From: Pseudomonadota bacterium
GTDB lineage: Bacteria; Pseudomonadota; Alphaproteobacteria; Rs-D84
Assembly (NCBI GenBank): GCA_009781955.1
Contig: WQUT01000047.1
Location: 1-22,811 of the forward strand
Direction of reading: 5' to 3'
Length of the DNA stretch: 22,811 nucleotides
Shown here: positions 1 to 7,174 of the stretch, one piece after another
Numbering within the stretch: the first letter of the stretch is position 1
Layout of the letters: each line of letters begins with the position of its first letter
The notes under the pieces: generated by a model
Told to the model about the DNA's origin: nothing
The model's database searches: none
The model's input: only the letters and a program-made list of their open reading frames with translations
Program-made: the position numbers and the translations under genes

Positions 1-593
1 TCGCCGGGGCGCTGAAATACGAACTGCGATACGGAAACATAAATTCTGACAAGCGGGATTCTTCCGCCGCGCATTCTTTTATGCTCGCGTTATTAATTTA
101 TTACACCGACGATTACTTTATAAAGAAAAAACAGTTGGATATAGATTTGTTTAAAGCAATAAAAATTGCTTTGATTCACGATCTGCCCGAGGCCATCGTT
201 TATGATACTCCGTTTTTTGAAATCTTTAAAACCTTGAACGCATCCCAAAAGCAAAAAAGCGCGCGGGAAGAGGCCGGCATGAAGGTCTTGGCGTCAAAAC
301 TGCCAAAGTCCCAAGGCTCTGAAACATACAAACTGTGGAAAGAATATGAAACCTGTTCTTCTGACGAGGCGAAATTTGTAAAGATTTTGGATAAGCTGGA
401 AGGCTCCTATACCTCTATGGCGATCGGCATAGGCCCGGGAAAGTTGGACGCGGACCCGATAGTTCATCATTCCGACAAGGGTTTTGGATGGTTTCCGGCG
501 ACCGACAAATTAATGAAATTAGTTCGCAAAGATTTTAAGAAATATTTTGCAGAAAATAAATTGGCTTGGAAACCTGAATATGATTTGCCATAA
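1..593 (+). CDS. HD-domain metal-dependent phosphohydrolase (YfbR-like 5'-deoxynucleotidase family); 5' end cut by the window edge
   Basis: The frame of the listed ORF (81..593) stays open back to position 3, so the gene starts upstream of the window. It carries the H...HD...D signature: AAHSF, IALIHDLPEA, FVKILDKLE. It is visibly AT-richer than its neighbours. Confidence 0.7.
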   Translation, partial: AGALKYELRYGNINSDKRDSSAAHSFMLALLIYYTDDYFIKKKQLDIDLFKAIKIALIHDLPEAIVYDTPFFEIFKTLNASQKQKSAREEAGMKVLASKLPKSQGSETYKLWKEYETCSSDEAKFVKILDKLEGSYTSMAIGIGPGKLDADPIVHHSDKGFGWFPATDKLMKLVRKDFKKYFAENKLAWKPEYDLP

Positions 594-615
594 TTGCGAT
601 GAAAGGCAAAAATAA

Positions 616-1365
616 ATGAATCTCACCGCGGAACTCTTTTACGAATTGGAACGGCGGCTACGGGCCATGGGAATGGATTCCGATGCTGAAAGTTTTGATA
701 CTATAAAGGCGCGATTGAGCAACAAAGAACCTTTGTCGCCGGATGATTTCGCGCGTCAGGCGATTTACGTAATCCTCGCCGGCGGGTTTTCGCAAAAGGC
801 CGCAAAAGCGATTCATAGAAAAATAATGAACGTTCTTGAACGGCCCAATGTAGGGGCAAAGAACCACCCACCAAAATCTGCGATTTTATCGGGGCCCGAT
901 AATTATTCGCCCCTACAAAGCGCGAGCCAAGAACAGGCATTATTCTCTGAACTTATAAACTTATTCAACAACAAAAACAAAATAAATGCGGTGGTAAAAA
1001 TTTGGTTGGGCCGCAAGAAATATCGCGACGATTATTATGCCCCGAAAGACAGCGATTTGGAAACAAAATTGAGCTATCTGTCCAAATTGCCCCATATTGG
1101 AAAAATAACCGCGAATCATCTGGCGCGGAATCTGGGCGAAGATGTTGTGAAATATGATATTTGGATCCAGCGGCTGGGCGTCGCATTCGCCGCCGGCGGC
1201 GAAGAATTGAAATCCAAAATAGACAACGGCAACCTGGATCCGGATGTGCGGGCGGCATGCGATAAAATGTTCGCGCATCTGGCGCGCGTTACCGGCCTGC
1301 CCCGCGGATACATTGACGTGGTGCTGTGGAAGGCATGCCAGAATCATATGATAGGGGGGATATAG
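616..1365 (+). CDS. Helix-hairpin-helix (HhH-GPD-like) DNA-glycosylase superfamily protein carrying an in-frame 67-bp repeat insertion
   Basis: A 249-aa ORF starting 22 nt after the HD gene. HhH-like segment LSKLPHIGKITANHLARNLGEDVVKYDIWIQRLG (hairpin G-x-G, followed by an Asp) and an N-terminal QAIYVILAGGFSQKAAKAI helix typical of the fold. Residues VGAKNHPPKSAILSGPDNYSPLQ are encoded by the repeat at 850..916. Confidence 0.5.
   Translation: MNLTAELFYELERRLRAMGMDSDAESFDTIKARLSNKEPLSPDDFARQAIYVILAGGFSQKAAKAIHRKIMNVLERPNVGAKNHPPKSAILSGPDNYSPLQSASQEQALFSELINLFNNKNKINAVVKIWLGRKKYRDDYYAPKDSDLETKLSYLSKLPHIGKITANHLARNLGEDVVKYDIWIQRLGVAFAAGGEELKSKIDNGNLDPDVRAACDKMFAHLARVTGLPRGYIDVVLWKACQNHMIGGI
850..916. 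repeat. 67-bp palindromic element (GTAGGGGCAAA ... TTCGCCCCTAC), copy 1, in-frame inside the CDS
   Basis: Near-identical to 2988..3054 (5 differences). The terminal arms equal the 28-bp perfect palindrome at 9820..9847. There is an internal hairpin AAAATC-tgc-GATTTT. Confidence 0.9.
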
Positions 1366-1368
1366 CGG

Positions 1369-2280
1369 TTGAACTATATAAGGAAGTTTATTTTCATTAT
1401 GGCGTTCGCGGGCCTTTGCTTTGCGGCAGATGCAGAGGAAACCCCGGATCGGGCCTTGGAGAACGCAGTTTTGATCGGGGATTACGCAAAGATCGCAGAG
1501 GCCATAAAGCTGGGCGCGGGCAACGCGAATTACTTGCTGGGCAAAGAGTCTGACAGATATGCTCCGCGGTATTACGTGATTCGCGCGCTGATGGAAGGCG
1601 GGGCGAAAACGGATACGAATCTGGCCGAGCGCGCGTTAGAGCGCATATGCCGCAGCGGCGACTGGGAGCAGTTCGGATTTCTTGATGAAAAGCCGCAGAT
1701 AGATTGGCTTATGCAAAAGCAGCCTTACAAAGAGATTCATCTTTGCGGAAACGATAATGATTATTCGTTTGAAAAATGCTGTTTGGAGGTTTATGAAATC
1801 TATGGCAAAGAGATGGATATATATTATATCGAATTGAATAATTTACGATCGTCCGCGGCCCGAAATAATGATGCAAAAATGATTTCATTGGCAGACGATA
1901 AGCTGGCGAAATTAAGGGCCAAATACAAAATTATAGAAATAAAAAAATCTGACCGCGATTCATTCATCGCGCGGGAAAAAGAATGCGACGCCGCGCTGAC
2001 CGCAGAAGGCACAACCCCAACCGCAGAGCGCGCCGCAGAGCTGATGAAAGATCACATAAGGTGTAGCGCAAAGATCGGCGGCGACATAATGGAAAAGTAT
2101 TACAAGGGTTTTGATATGCCGGATACGGCCGCCGCCGCGGAAATTGCGATAAGCTCTGCCTGCGCGGGCGACAAATGCGATACGAAAAAGCTTTCCGATT
2201 ATGCCAAGACCTTCAAAAGATCGGTATATGAATCGCTGGACAATTCCAGGACCACCATAATAATTATCACAAAGGATTAA
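1369..2280 (+). CDS. Secreted hypothetical protein (signal peptide; possible ankyrin-like N-terminal repeat)
   Basis: TTG start 3 nt after the upstream stop. N-terminus MNYIRKFIFIMAFAGLCFAADA looks like a Sec signal peptide. LENAVLIGDYAKIAEAIKLGAGNAN resembles an ankyrin repeat. The C-terminal Cys-containing helical region was not confidently assigned. Confidence 0.6.
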   Translation: MNYIRKFIFIMAFAGLCFAADAEETPDRALENAVLIGDYAKIAEAIKLGAGNANYLLGKESDRYAPRYYVIRALMEGGAKTDTNLAERALERICRSGDWEQFGFLDEKPQIDWLMQKQPYKEIHLCGNDNDYSFEKCCLEVYEIYGKEMDIYYIELNNLRSSAARNNDAKMISLADDKLAKLRAKYKIIEIKKSDRDSFIAREKECDAALTAEGTTPTAERAAELMKDHIRCSAKIGGDIMEKYYKGFDMPDTAAAAEIAISSACAGDKCDTKKLSDYAKTFKRSVYESLDNSRTTIIIITKD

Positions 2281-2283
2281 CAG

Positions 2284-2982
2284 ATGAACGTGAAAATTGA
2301 AGAATCTTGGAAGACCGCGCTTTCCAATGAATTTGAAAAGCCTTATTTCATTGCGCTGACTGATTTTGTCCGCAATGGGTATAACAAATGGGCCGGCGGC
2401 GGCGCGGCGATTTATCCGAAACCGGCCGAGATATTCGCGGCGTTTAATATGTGCCCCTATGAAAAGGTAGAGGTCGTGATAATCGGCCAAGATCCGTATC
2501 ATGAGCCGGGCCAGGCGCACGGGCTGTGCTTTTCCGTTCGCGACGGCGTCGCGCTGCCGCCGTCTTTGCAAAATATTTACAAGGAAATTCAAAACGATTT
2601 GGGGCATCCGTCGGCAATATCGCGGACCGCGGACGGCCATCCATCCGGCGATCTGACAAGATGGGCAGAGCAGGGCGTTTTGCTGCTGAATTCCACATTG
2701 ACGGTCCAGGCGCATCTGGCGGCAAGCCACGCCGGCAAGGGGTGGGAGCAGTTTACGGATGCGGTAATCCGCGCATTATCGCGGCGTTCCGGGATCGTTT
2801 ACCTGCTGTGGGGCAGTTACGCGCAAAAGAAAGCGGAAATCATAGACCCGACGCAGAACCTGGTCTTAAAGTCCGTTCATCCGTCGCCGTTGTCGGCATC
2901 GCGCGGATTTTTCGGCAATCACCAGTTTTCCCGCGCGAACGAATACCTGGAATCCCAGGGGAAACAACCGATAGAATGGTAA
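2284..2982 (+). CDS. ung: Uracil-DNA glycosylase (family 1)
   Basis: Family-1 UDG motifs [23 protein letters not shown] and HPSPLSA. Length is 232 aa. The ATG lies 3 nt after the upstream stop. Confidence 0.95.
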   Translation: MNVKIEESWKTALSNEFEKPYFIALTDFVRNGYNKWAGGGAAIYPKPAEIFAAFNMCPYEKVEVVIIGQDPYHEPGQAHGLCFSVRDGVALPPSLQNIYKEIQNDLGHPSAISRTADGHPSGDLTRWAEQGVLLLNSTLTVQAHLAASHAGKGWEQFTDAVIRALSRRSGIVYLLWGSYAQKKAEIIDPTQNLVLKSVHPSPLSASRGFFGNHQFSRANEYLESQGKQPIEW

Positions 2983-2987
2983 TTACC

Positions 2988-3054
2988 GTAGGGGCAAAGA
3001 ACCACCCACCGAAATCTGCGATTTCGTCGGGGCCCGGTAATTATTTGCCCCTAC
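2988..3054. repeat. 67-bp palindromic element, copy 2 (intergenic, 5 nt after the ung stop)
   Basis: gtaggggcaaagaaccacccaccgaaatctgcgatttcgtcggggcccggtaattatttgcccctac. The internal hairpin is GAAATC-tgc-GATTTC, a compensatory change relative to copy 1. Confidence 0.9.
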
Positions 3055-3099
3055 ATAATCCTTGATTTCCGCGTTCGGCATGTTATAATCAGCGGCGCC

Positions 3100-3173
3100 G
3101 CCCCAATAGTATAATGGTAGAACACGTCCTTGGTAAGGACGAGGCGCAAGTCCGATTCTTGCTTGGGGCACCA
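3100..3173 (+). tRNA. tRNA-Thr (anticodon GGU) with encoded CCA; atypical T-loop and D-stem
   Basis: Manual cloverleaf: acceptor GCCCCAA/TTGGGGC, discriminator A, CCA. Anticodon arm CGTCC-TTGGTAA-GGACG. T-arm GCAAG-TCCGATT-CTTGC. D-loop AATGGTA with GG. Oddities: C where U55 is expected, an A:A mismatch in the D-stem, and a 4-nt variable loop. Confidence 0.75.
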
Positions 3174-3334
3174 TCAATTTTCCCCGAACGAAGTGAGGAA
3201 TGGAAAATTGAGCGTCCTGCGAAGCCCTTGGCGAAGCGGGACTATTAAAGTCCCACTGACTTTGACACTGGGGCACCACCCTTTGCCCTGCGGGCTGGCA
3301 GGCCACGTCAATTTACCGCCACATCGGCGTTCGT

Positions 3335-4072
3335 CTAGTCCTGGCCCTGGCGCAGCGCAAACGTAATGGAAGATTCCGTTTGTTCCATAAGCAAGATACT
3401 GCCAATATCCTTCAAGGTCTCTACATGGGTTCCGCCGCACGGATTGGCATCGTATCCCTCTATAATCACAACGCTTACGCTTCCCTTTAATTCCCCTTTG
3501 CCCCGGAAAATATCTTTTGTCGCGCAGAATGCTTTTTCCATGGTTTCAAATTCCATGACCGACACTTTTTTGTCTTCGCCGATGACTTGATTGGCGATGG
3601 CGACGGCATCCGCCGCCGACTTGCCCGCTTTGTATGTCCCGGCAAAGCGTATGGCGCATGTTTCGCCGTCGGGGGCGATTTCTATGCCTTCGGGCCCGTA
3701 TCCGTCCGTCACGGCCTTGACGGCGCCCATCAATACATGCGCGGCCGTGTGCATGCGCGAATACCGGCGGCGGCGCTCTTTATCAATCTCAATTACGACA
3801 TCCGCGTCTTCTTTCAGACTATCCGCCTCGGGGGAATCAAAGGGCAGATCCAAAATCAAAAACAGCTGCCTGTCCAAAACAAGACCGCGCGCGATTGGGT
3901 ATTTTTTGCCGTCGGGCGCAACAAGGAATCCTTTGTCCTGGGGCTGGCCGCCGCCGCCGGGATAAAATATATTGCCGGACACCCACAAGGCGACGTTTCC
4001 CTGGACATTTCGTTTTTCAACGATATATGTTTCTTGGGTGGTTTTCCACGGTTCTTCTTGATAAGCGCGCAT
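3335..4072 (-). CDS. AlaX-type alanyl-tRNA editing protein (AlaRS editing / second additional domain homologue)
   Basis: Zinc and editing motifs HTAAHVL and CGGTHV, plus the N-terminal FYPGGGGQPQDKG segment typical of AlaX-M proteins. 245 aa. Confidence 0.8.
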   Translation of the reverse strand: MRAYQEEPWKTTQETYIVEKRNVQGNVALWVSGNIFYPGGGGQPQDKGFLVAPDGKKYPIARGLVLDRQLFLILDLPFDSPEADSLKEDADVVIEIDKERRRRYSRMHTAAHVLMGAVKAVTDGYGPEGIEIAPDGETCAIRFAGTYKAGKSAADAVAIANQVIGEDKKVSVMEFETMEKAFCATKDIFRGKGELKGSVSVVIIEGYDANPCGGTHVETLKDIGSILLMEQTESSITFALRQGQD

Positions 4073-4236
4073 AAATGCCTCTGTAATGTTCAGCTATTCT
4101 GCCCGGGATCGCATCAAAAATCCACAAAATTATTTTTAAGGGCCCCCGTATTCCTTGGCGGGCCTGATGCTGATGCCGGGCACTTGCATTTTTCTTTTTG
4201 TGCACTATTTCGTAATTACAGGAAATGGAGGATTGC

Positions 4237-4578
4237 ATGAAAAAAACTTTGTTGTTGCTGGTTATTGCGTTGGCGCCCATTGCGGCGGCCGCGCGCGTCG
4301 CGTCCGCGTCCGAACAGGCGGTTATGACGGTGGCGGGCGTTGGGAAATCGTGCGGGGAACATCCGATTGTCATCGGAGGCACGGTAGAGAAACATCCGAA
4401 GCAAGACAAATATCAATTCATTGATCAAACGGGTAAGGTGGTCGTTGAAATTGACGGCGATGATTGGCGCGATGCGGGGGCGCGGCCCAATGGCGCAGTA
4501 ATGCTGTTTGGCGAAACGGACGGCGATTGTCCCGGCAATATGACGGCCGCCGCGGGGCCAATCAGAATTATAACCTAA
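4237..4578 (+). CDS. Small periplasmic OB-fold protein (YgiW/BOF-like), signal peptide
   Basis: GGAGG lies 5 nt upstream of the second in-frame ATG (4237), so I prefer it to 4225. N-terminus MKKTLLLLVIALAPIAAAA is a signal peptide. YQFIDQTGKVVVEIDGDDWRD resembles the BOF/YgiW core. Confidence 0.6.
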   Translation: MKKTLLLLVIALAPIAAAARVASASEQAVMTVAGVGKSCGEHPIVIGGTVEKHPKQDKYQFIDQTGKVVVEIDGDDWRDAGARPNGAVMLFGETDGDCPGNMTAAAGPIRIIT

Positions 4579-4580
4579 GA

Positions 4581-4609
4581 AAAACCGGTCGGGCGACCGG
4601 TTTTTATTT
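4581..4609 (+). terminator. Rho-independent terminator after the OB-fold gene
   Basis: CCGGTC-gggc-GACCGG (4585..4600) followed by TTTTT (4601..4605), starting 3 nt after the stop. Confidence 0.8.
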
Positions 4610-4624
4610 CGCGCAATAATAAAG

Positions 4625-4652
4625 TTGATTTTCCGTTAAACTTAGATATAAT
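4625..4652 (+). promoter_or_regulatory. Candidate sigma70-type promoter for the aspS leader
   Basis: TTGATT (4625..4630), a 16-nt spacer, then TATAAT (4647..4652). This would give a leader of about 130 nt. It competes with the alternative that this segment belongs to the T-box leader itself. Confidence 0.4.
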
Positions 4653-4727
4653 TAGCGCGTTATTTTTACTTCGTGATGACACGATTGACAACCGGATAGC
4701 GAATAAAAGTAGCATAATAAGAACAAA

Positions 4728-4790
4728 GCAAGGTGGCACCGCGGTGGATCCCATCGCCCTTGCGCTGGAATTAAAAATAAAGAGGTGCCA
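4728..4790 (+). promoter_or_regulatory. T-box antiterminator/anti-sequestrator element controlling aspS
   Basis: AAGCAAGGTGGCACCGCGG matches the conserved T-box core GGTGGNACCGCG. It folds as GCAAGG (4728..4733), a 7-nt bulge TGGCACC, GCGGTG-gatcc-CATCGC, then CCTTGC (4758..4763). The bulge is complementary to GGTGCCA (4784..4790), which overlaps the SD and the spacer before the ATG. Confidence 0.6.
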
Positions 4791-4791
4791 G

Positions 4792-6570
4792 ATGATTTCC
4801 AATAAATACCGCACGCATACCTGTGGCGGGCTGAATAAATCCAATGTGGGCGCGACCGTCACCTTGTCCGGCTGGGTGCATCGCAAACGCGACCACGGAT
4901 CGCTGCTGTTCGTGGATCTCCGCGATAATTACGGCATCACGCAATGTGTGTTTGACCTGACCGATGCCACTGTCGCCGGCATAGACAAAATCCGTCCGGA
5001 ATCCGTGATTACGGTCGGGGGCCGCGTTGTCGCGCGCGACGCATCCGCAATCAACGGCAAAATCCCGACCGGCGAGATAGAGGTCAAAGCGTCGGATTAC
5101 AAGGTGCTGAGCGAGGCCGACGTCCTGCCGTTCCAAGTATTCGGCGAAGAGGACGTGTCCGAAGACCTGCGCCTGAAACACCGTTACCTGGACCTGCGCC
5201 GCGAACGCATGCACGGCAAAATACTATTCCGCAACCGCGTGATACGGGCGATGCGCGACAAAATGTGGGAACTGGGCTTTTCCGAATTCCAAACGCCGAT
5301 TTTGGGCGCGACATCGCCCGAAGGCGCGCGCGATTTCATCGTGCCGTCGCGGCTGCACCACGGCATGGTTTACGCCCTGCCGCAATCGCCCCAGCAATGG
5401 AAGCAGATGACCCAGATTTCCGGGTTTGACCGGTATTTCCAGATCGCGCCGTGCATGCGGGACGAGGATTTGCGTTCCGACCGCATGCTGGAATTCTATC
5501 AGCTGGATTTGGAGATGTCGTTCGTAGAGCAGAGGGATGTCCAGGAAGTGTGCGAGGCGGTCGTAGTTTCGCTGATAAAGCAGTTCTCGGATGCGGCCAG
5601 GCTGCATCCCGAAATCCCCCAGATACCGTATGATGACGCGATGCTGAAATACGGGTCGGACAAGCCGGACCTGCGCAATCCCATAATAATCAGCGACGTT
5701 ACCGAAATATTCCGCAATTCCGATTTCGGGGTATTCGCGAACGCGATCCGCGACGGCGCGGTCGTGCGCGCCGTGCCCGCGCCAAAATCGGTGGACAAGC
5801 CGCGCAGCTGGTTTGACAAGGTAGAGGGTTTCGCCAAGGACGAGCTGGGGCTCGCCGGATTGGGATACATAGTGTTCGCGGAAGACGGCCCGAAGGGCCC
5901 GGTCGCAAAGAAACTGACCCCGGAACAGATAGCCGCCATCCGCGTTGCCGCGGGCGCGGACGCGGGGGACAGCGTGTTCTTTGTATGTGCGGCGCCGGAC
6001 ATTGCGGCCAAGGCCGCGGGCAAACTGCGCACGCGTTTCGGCGAAGAGCTGGGCCTGGTCAATCCGGATGAATTCCGCCTGTGCTGGGTCATAGATTTTC
6101 CGTTCTTTGAACCGGATCCGGAGTCGCCCACCGGCATTGCGTTCGGGCATAATCCGTTCTGCCGGCTGCTGGACGATTCGCATGAACTGGATTTGTCCGA
6201 GCCGTTAAAGCTGAAAGCGTCGCAGTATGACTTTGTCCTGAACGGCCAAGAAATCGGCGGCGGATCTCTGCGCAATTACAATCCGGAGAACATGCTGAAA
6301 CTGTTCGCGGCGACCGGATACGGCGAAGACATTGTCAAACAAAAGTTTGGCGGGCTGTATACCGCGTTCCAATACGGCGCGCCGCCGCACGGCGGGCTGG
6401 CCATGGGGATAGAGCGCATAGTCTGCATATTGTTGGGCGAAGAAAATCTGCGCGAGGTTACGATGTTCCCGACGAACCAGCGCGGCCAGGACCTGATGAT
6501 GGGCAGTCCGAACACCCCGTTTGAACAGCAGCTGCGGGATGTGCATATCCAGTTCAGAAAGAAAAATTAA
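4792..6570 (+). CDS. aspS: Aspartate--tRNA ligase (bacterial type)
   Basis: The N-terminus MISNKYRTHTCGGL...VTLSGWVHRKRDHGSLLFVDLRD aligns to the AspRS anticodon-binding OB domain. Class II motifs FRDE-like (MRDEDLR), QLDLEMSF and GGLAMGIERIV are present. AGAGG lies 6 nt upstream of ATG 4792. The listed GTG at 4744 lies inside the T-box helix. Confidence 0.95.
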   Translation: MISNKYRTHTCGGLNKSNVGATVTLSGWVHRKRDHGSLLFVDLRDNYGITQCVFDLTDATVAGIDKIRPESVITVGGRVVARDASAINGKIPTGEIEVKASDYKVLSEADVLPFQVFGEEDVSEDLRLKHRYLDLRRERMHGKILFRNRVIRAMRDKMWELGFSEFQTPILGATSPEGARDFIVPSRLHHGMVYALPQSPQQWKQMTQISGFDRYFQIAPCMRDEDLRSDRMLEFYQLDLEMSFVEQRDVQEVCEAVVVSLIKQFSDAARLHPEIPQIPYDDAMLKYGSDKPDLRNPIIISDVTEIFRNSDFGVFANAIRDGAVVRAVPAPKSVDKPRSWFDKVEGFAKDELGLAGLGYIVFAEDGPKGPVAKKLTPEQIAAIRVAAGADAGDSVFFVCAAPDIAAKAAGKLRTRFGEELGLVNPDEFRLCWVIDFPFFEPDPESPTGIAFGHNPFCRLLDDSHELDLSEPLKLKASQYDFVLNGQEIGGGSLRNYNPENMLKLFAATGYGEDIVKQKFGGLYTAFQYGAPPHGGLAMGIERIVCILLGEENLREVTMFPTNQRGQDLMMGSPNTPFEQQLRDVHIQFRKKN

Positions 6571-6596
6571 AACACGGGGCTTGGCCCCGCGTTTTG
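6571..6596 (+). terminator. Rho-independent terminator after aspS
   Basis: CGGGGC-ttg-GCCCCG (6575..6589) followed by a TTTT-containing tail. Confidence 0.7.
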
Positions 6597-6683
6597 ATTT
6601 AAGATTTATGATTTACGGATTTAAGATTTGTTTTAATATGAAAAGATTTAAATCTTAAATCAGCAAATCTTAAATCCTAAATT
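6596..6683. repeat. GATTTAA-word periodic inverted-repeat element, copy A
   Basis: Left arm gatttaa-gatttat-gatttac-ggatttaa-gatttg faces the right arm aaatc-ttaaatc-agc-aaatc-ttaaatc-ctaaat. It shares the exact 21-mer gatttacggatttaagatttg with 16981..17001. Confidence 0.85.
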
Positions 6684-6746
6684 ATGAAAACCTTCTTATC
6701 GCATGATTTCCGGCCGCTGGGTTATAATACAGGCGGGGGAGAAGTC

Positions 6747-7121
6747 ATGCAGGAAGAAACGTCAGTCCAGATATCTATTGATAGAATCGTTTACAGACTG
6801 CATCTGTCGCCGTATCAGGCGTTCATTTTGTCCCAGAACGTGCACAAGTATAAACTGGACAAGCTGATAAAGCGCGGAGAATTGCTATACGCCCCTTACC
6901 GGTGCGATCCCTGCAACAACTGGCGCGAACGCGCGGCGAAGATGCTCTTGGGGCCGCGCGCGGATTTGATCGGATCTGACCAGGTTCTGGTCGTGGATCA
7001 GCGCGGAATAAAACTGTATTCCACCGGATTTTACAAAGCGGGCGACGGATATGGCCACGCGTATTACGCCGATTCCCAAGGCCATAAGATAGAAAGAGGC
7101 ATACTGGGCGGCGGGCGATAA
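6747..7121 (+). CDS. Hypothetical protein
   Basis: The ORF is open from 6684, but ATG 6747 is preceded by GGGGGAG at the right spacing, and 6684 abuts the repeat element. No motif recognised. The start is uncertain (6684 or 6747). Confidence 0.5.
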   Translation: MQEETSVQISIDRIVYRLHLSPYQAFILSQNVHKYKLDKLIKRGELLYAPYRCDPCNNWRERAAKMLLGPRADLIGSDQVLVVDQRGIKLYSTGFYKAGDGYGHAYYADSQGHKIERGILGGGR

Positions 7122-7145
7122 AAAACGCGGCGTGGCCGCGTTTTT
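7121..7145. terminator. Bidirectional rho-independent terminator between convergent genes
   Basis: AAAAA-CGCGGC-gtg-GCCGCG-TTTTT. The A-run and T-run flank the stem symmetrically. Confidence 0.8.
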
Positions 7146-7173
7146 AGAGTTGAGAGTTGAGATACAACTCTCT
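7146..7173. repeat. GAGTTGA-word hairpin (two tandem heptamers plus one inverted copy)
   Basis: agagttg-agagttg-agata-caactctc. The stem is GAGAGTTG/CAACTCTC. It ends 2 nt from the asmA-family stop codon. Confidence 0.8.
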
Positions 7174-7174
7174 G

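Noticed and set aside
3224-3278. A 55-nt tRNA-like fragment: acceptor-like GCCCTTG/..TGGGGC-A-CCA with a GGGAC-UAUUAAA-GUCCC arm that would present UUA (an ochre-suppressor-like anticodon).
   Set aside because: It is too short and has no D-arm or T-arm. Loop position 33 is A rather than U, and the acceptor has a mismatch. It is better read as a degenerate duplicate of the tRNA-Thr 3' end.
4081-4222. A 7-bp inverted repeat, CTGTAAT (4081) with ATTACAG (4216), in the alaX / OB-fold divergent intergenic region.
   Set aside because: It is short, AT-rich and 130 bp apart, which is within chance expectation. It has no supporting periodicity or second copy.
4744-4791. GTG start at 4744, extending AspRS by 16 aa (MDPIALALELKIKRCQ).
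   Set aside because: The extension has no counterpart in AspRS N-termini. The GTG lies inside helix A2 of the T-box-like element. ATG 4792 has an AGAGG SD at the right distance.
5224-6183. Long antisense ORFs inside well-supported genes: 5224..6183(-) and 5499..6275(-) in aspS, 19415..20395(-) in lolC/E, 1960..2730(-) across ung, and 11255..11938(-) in uvrB.
   Set aside because: They lie opposite genes with unambiguous family motifs. Their translations are Arg/Pro/Gly-rich and low in complexity, as expected for shadow frames in GC-rich coding DNA, and they have no RBS or recognisable motifs.
6596-6683. Tandem short repeats (here and at 13392, 15297, 16531 and 16966) considered as possible CRISPR arrays.
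   Set aside because: The period is 7-8 nt with no unique spacers. The arrays are under 100 bp and are paired with inverted copies. No cas genes are present in the window.
6684-6746. The upstream ATG 6684 as the start of the 145-aa hypothetical ORF.
   Set aside because: It directly abuts the GATTTAA repeat and has no SD, whereas ATG 6747 has GGGGGAG upstream. This is not conclusive, and both starts remain possible.
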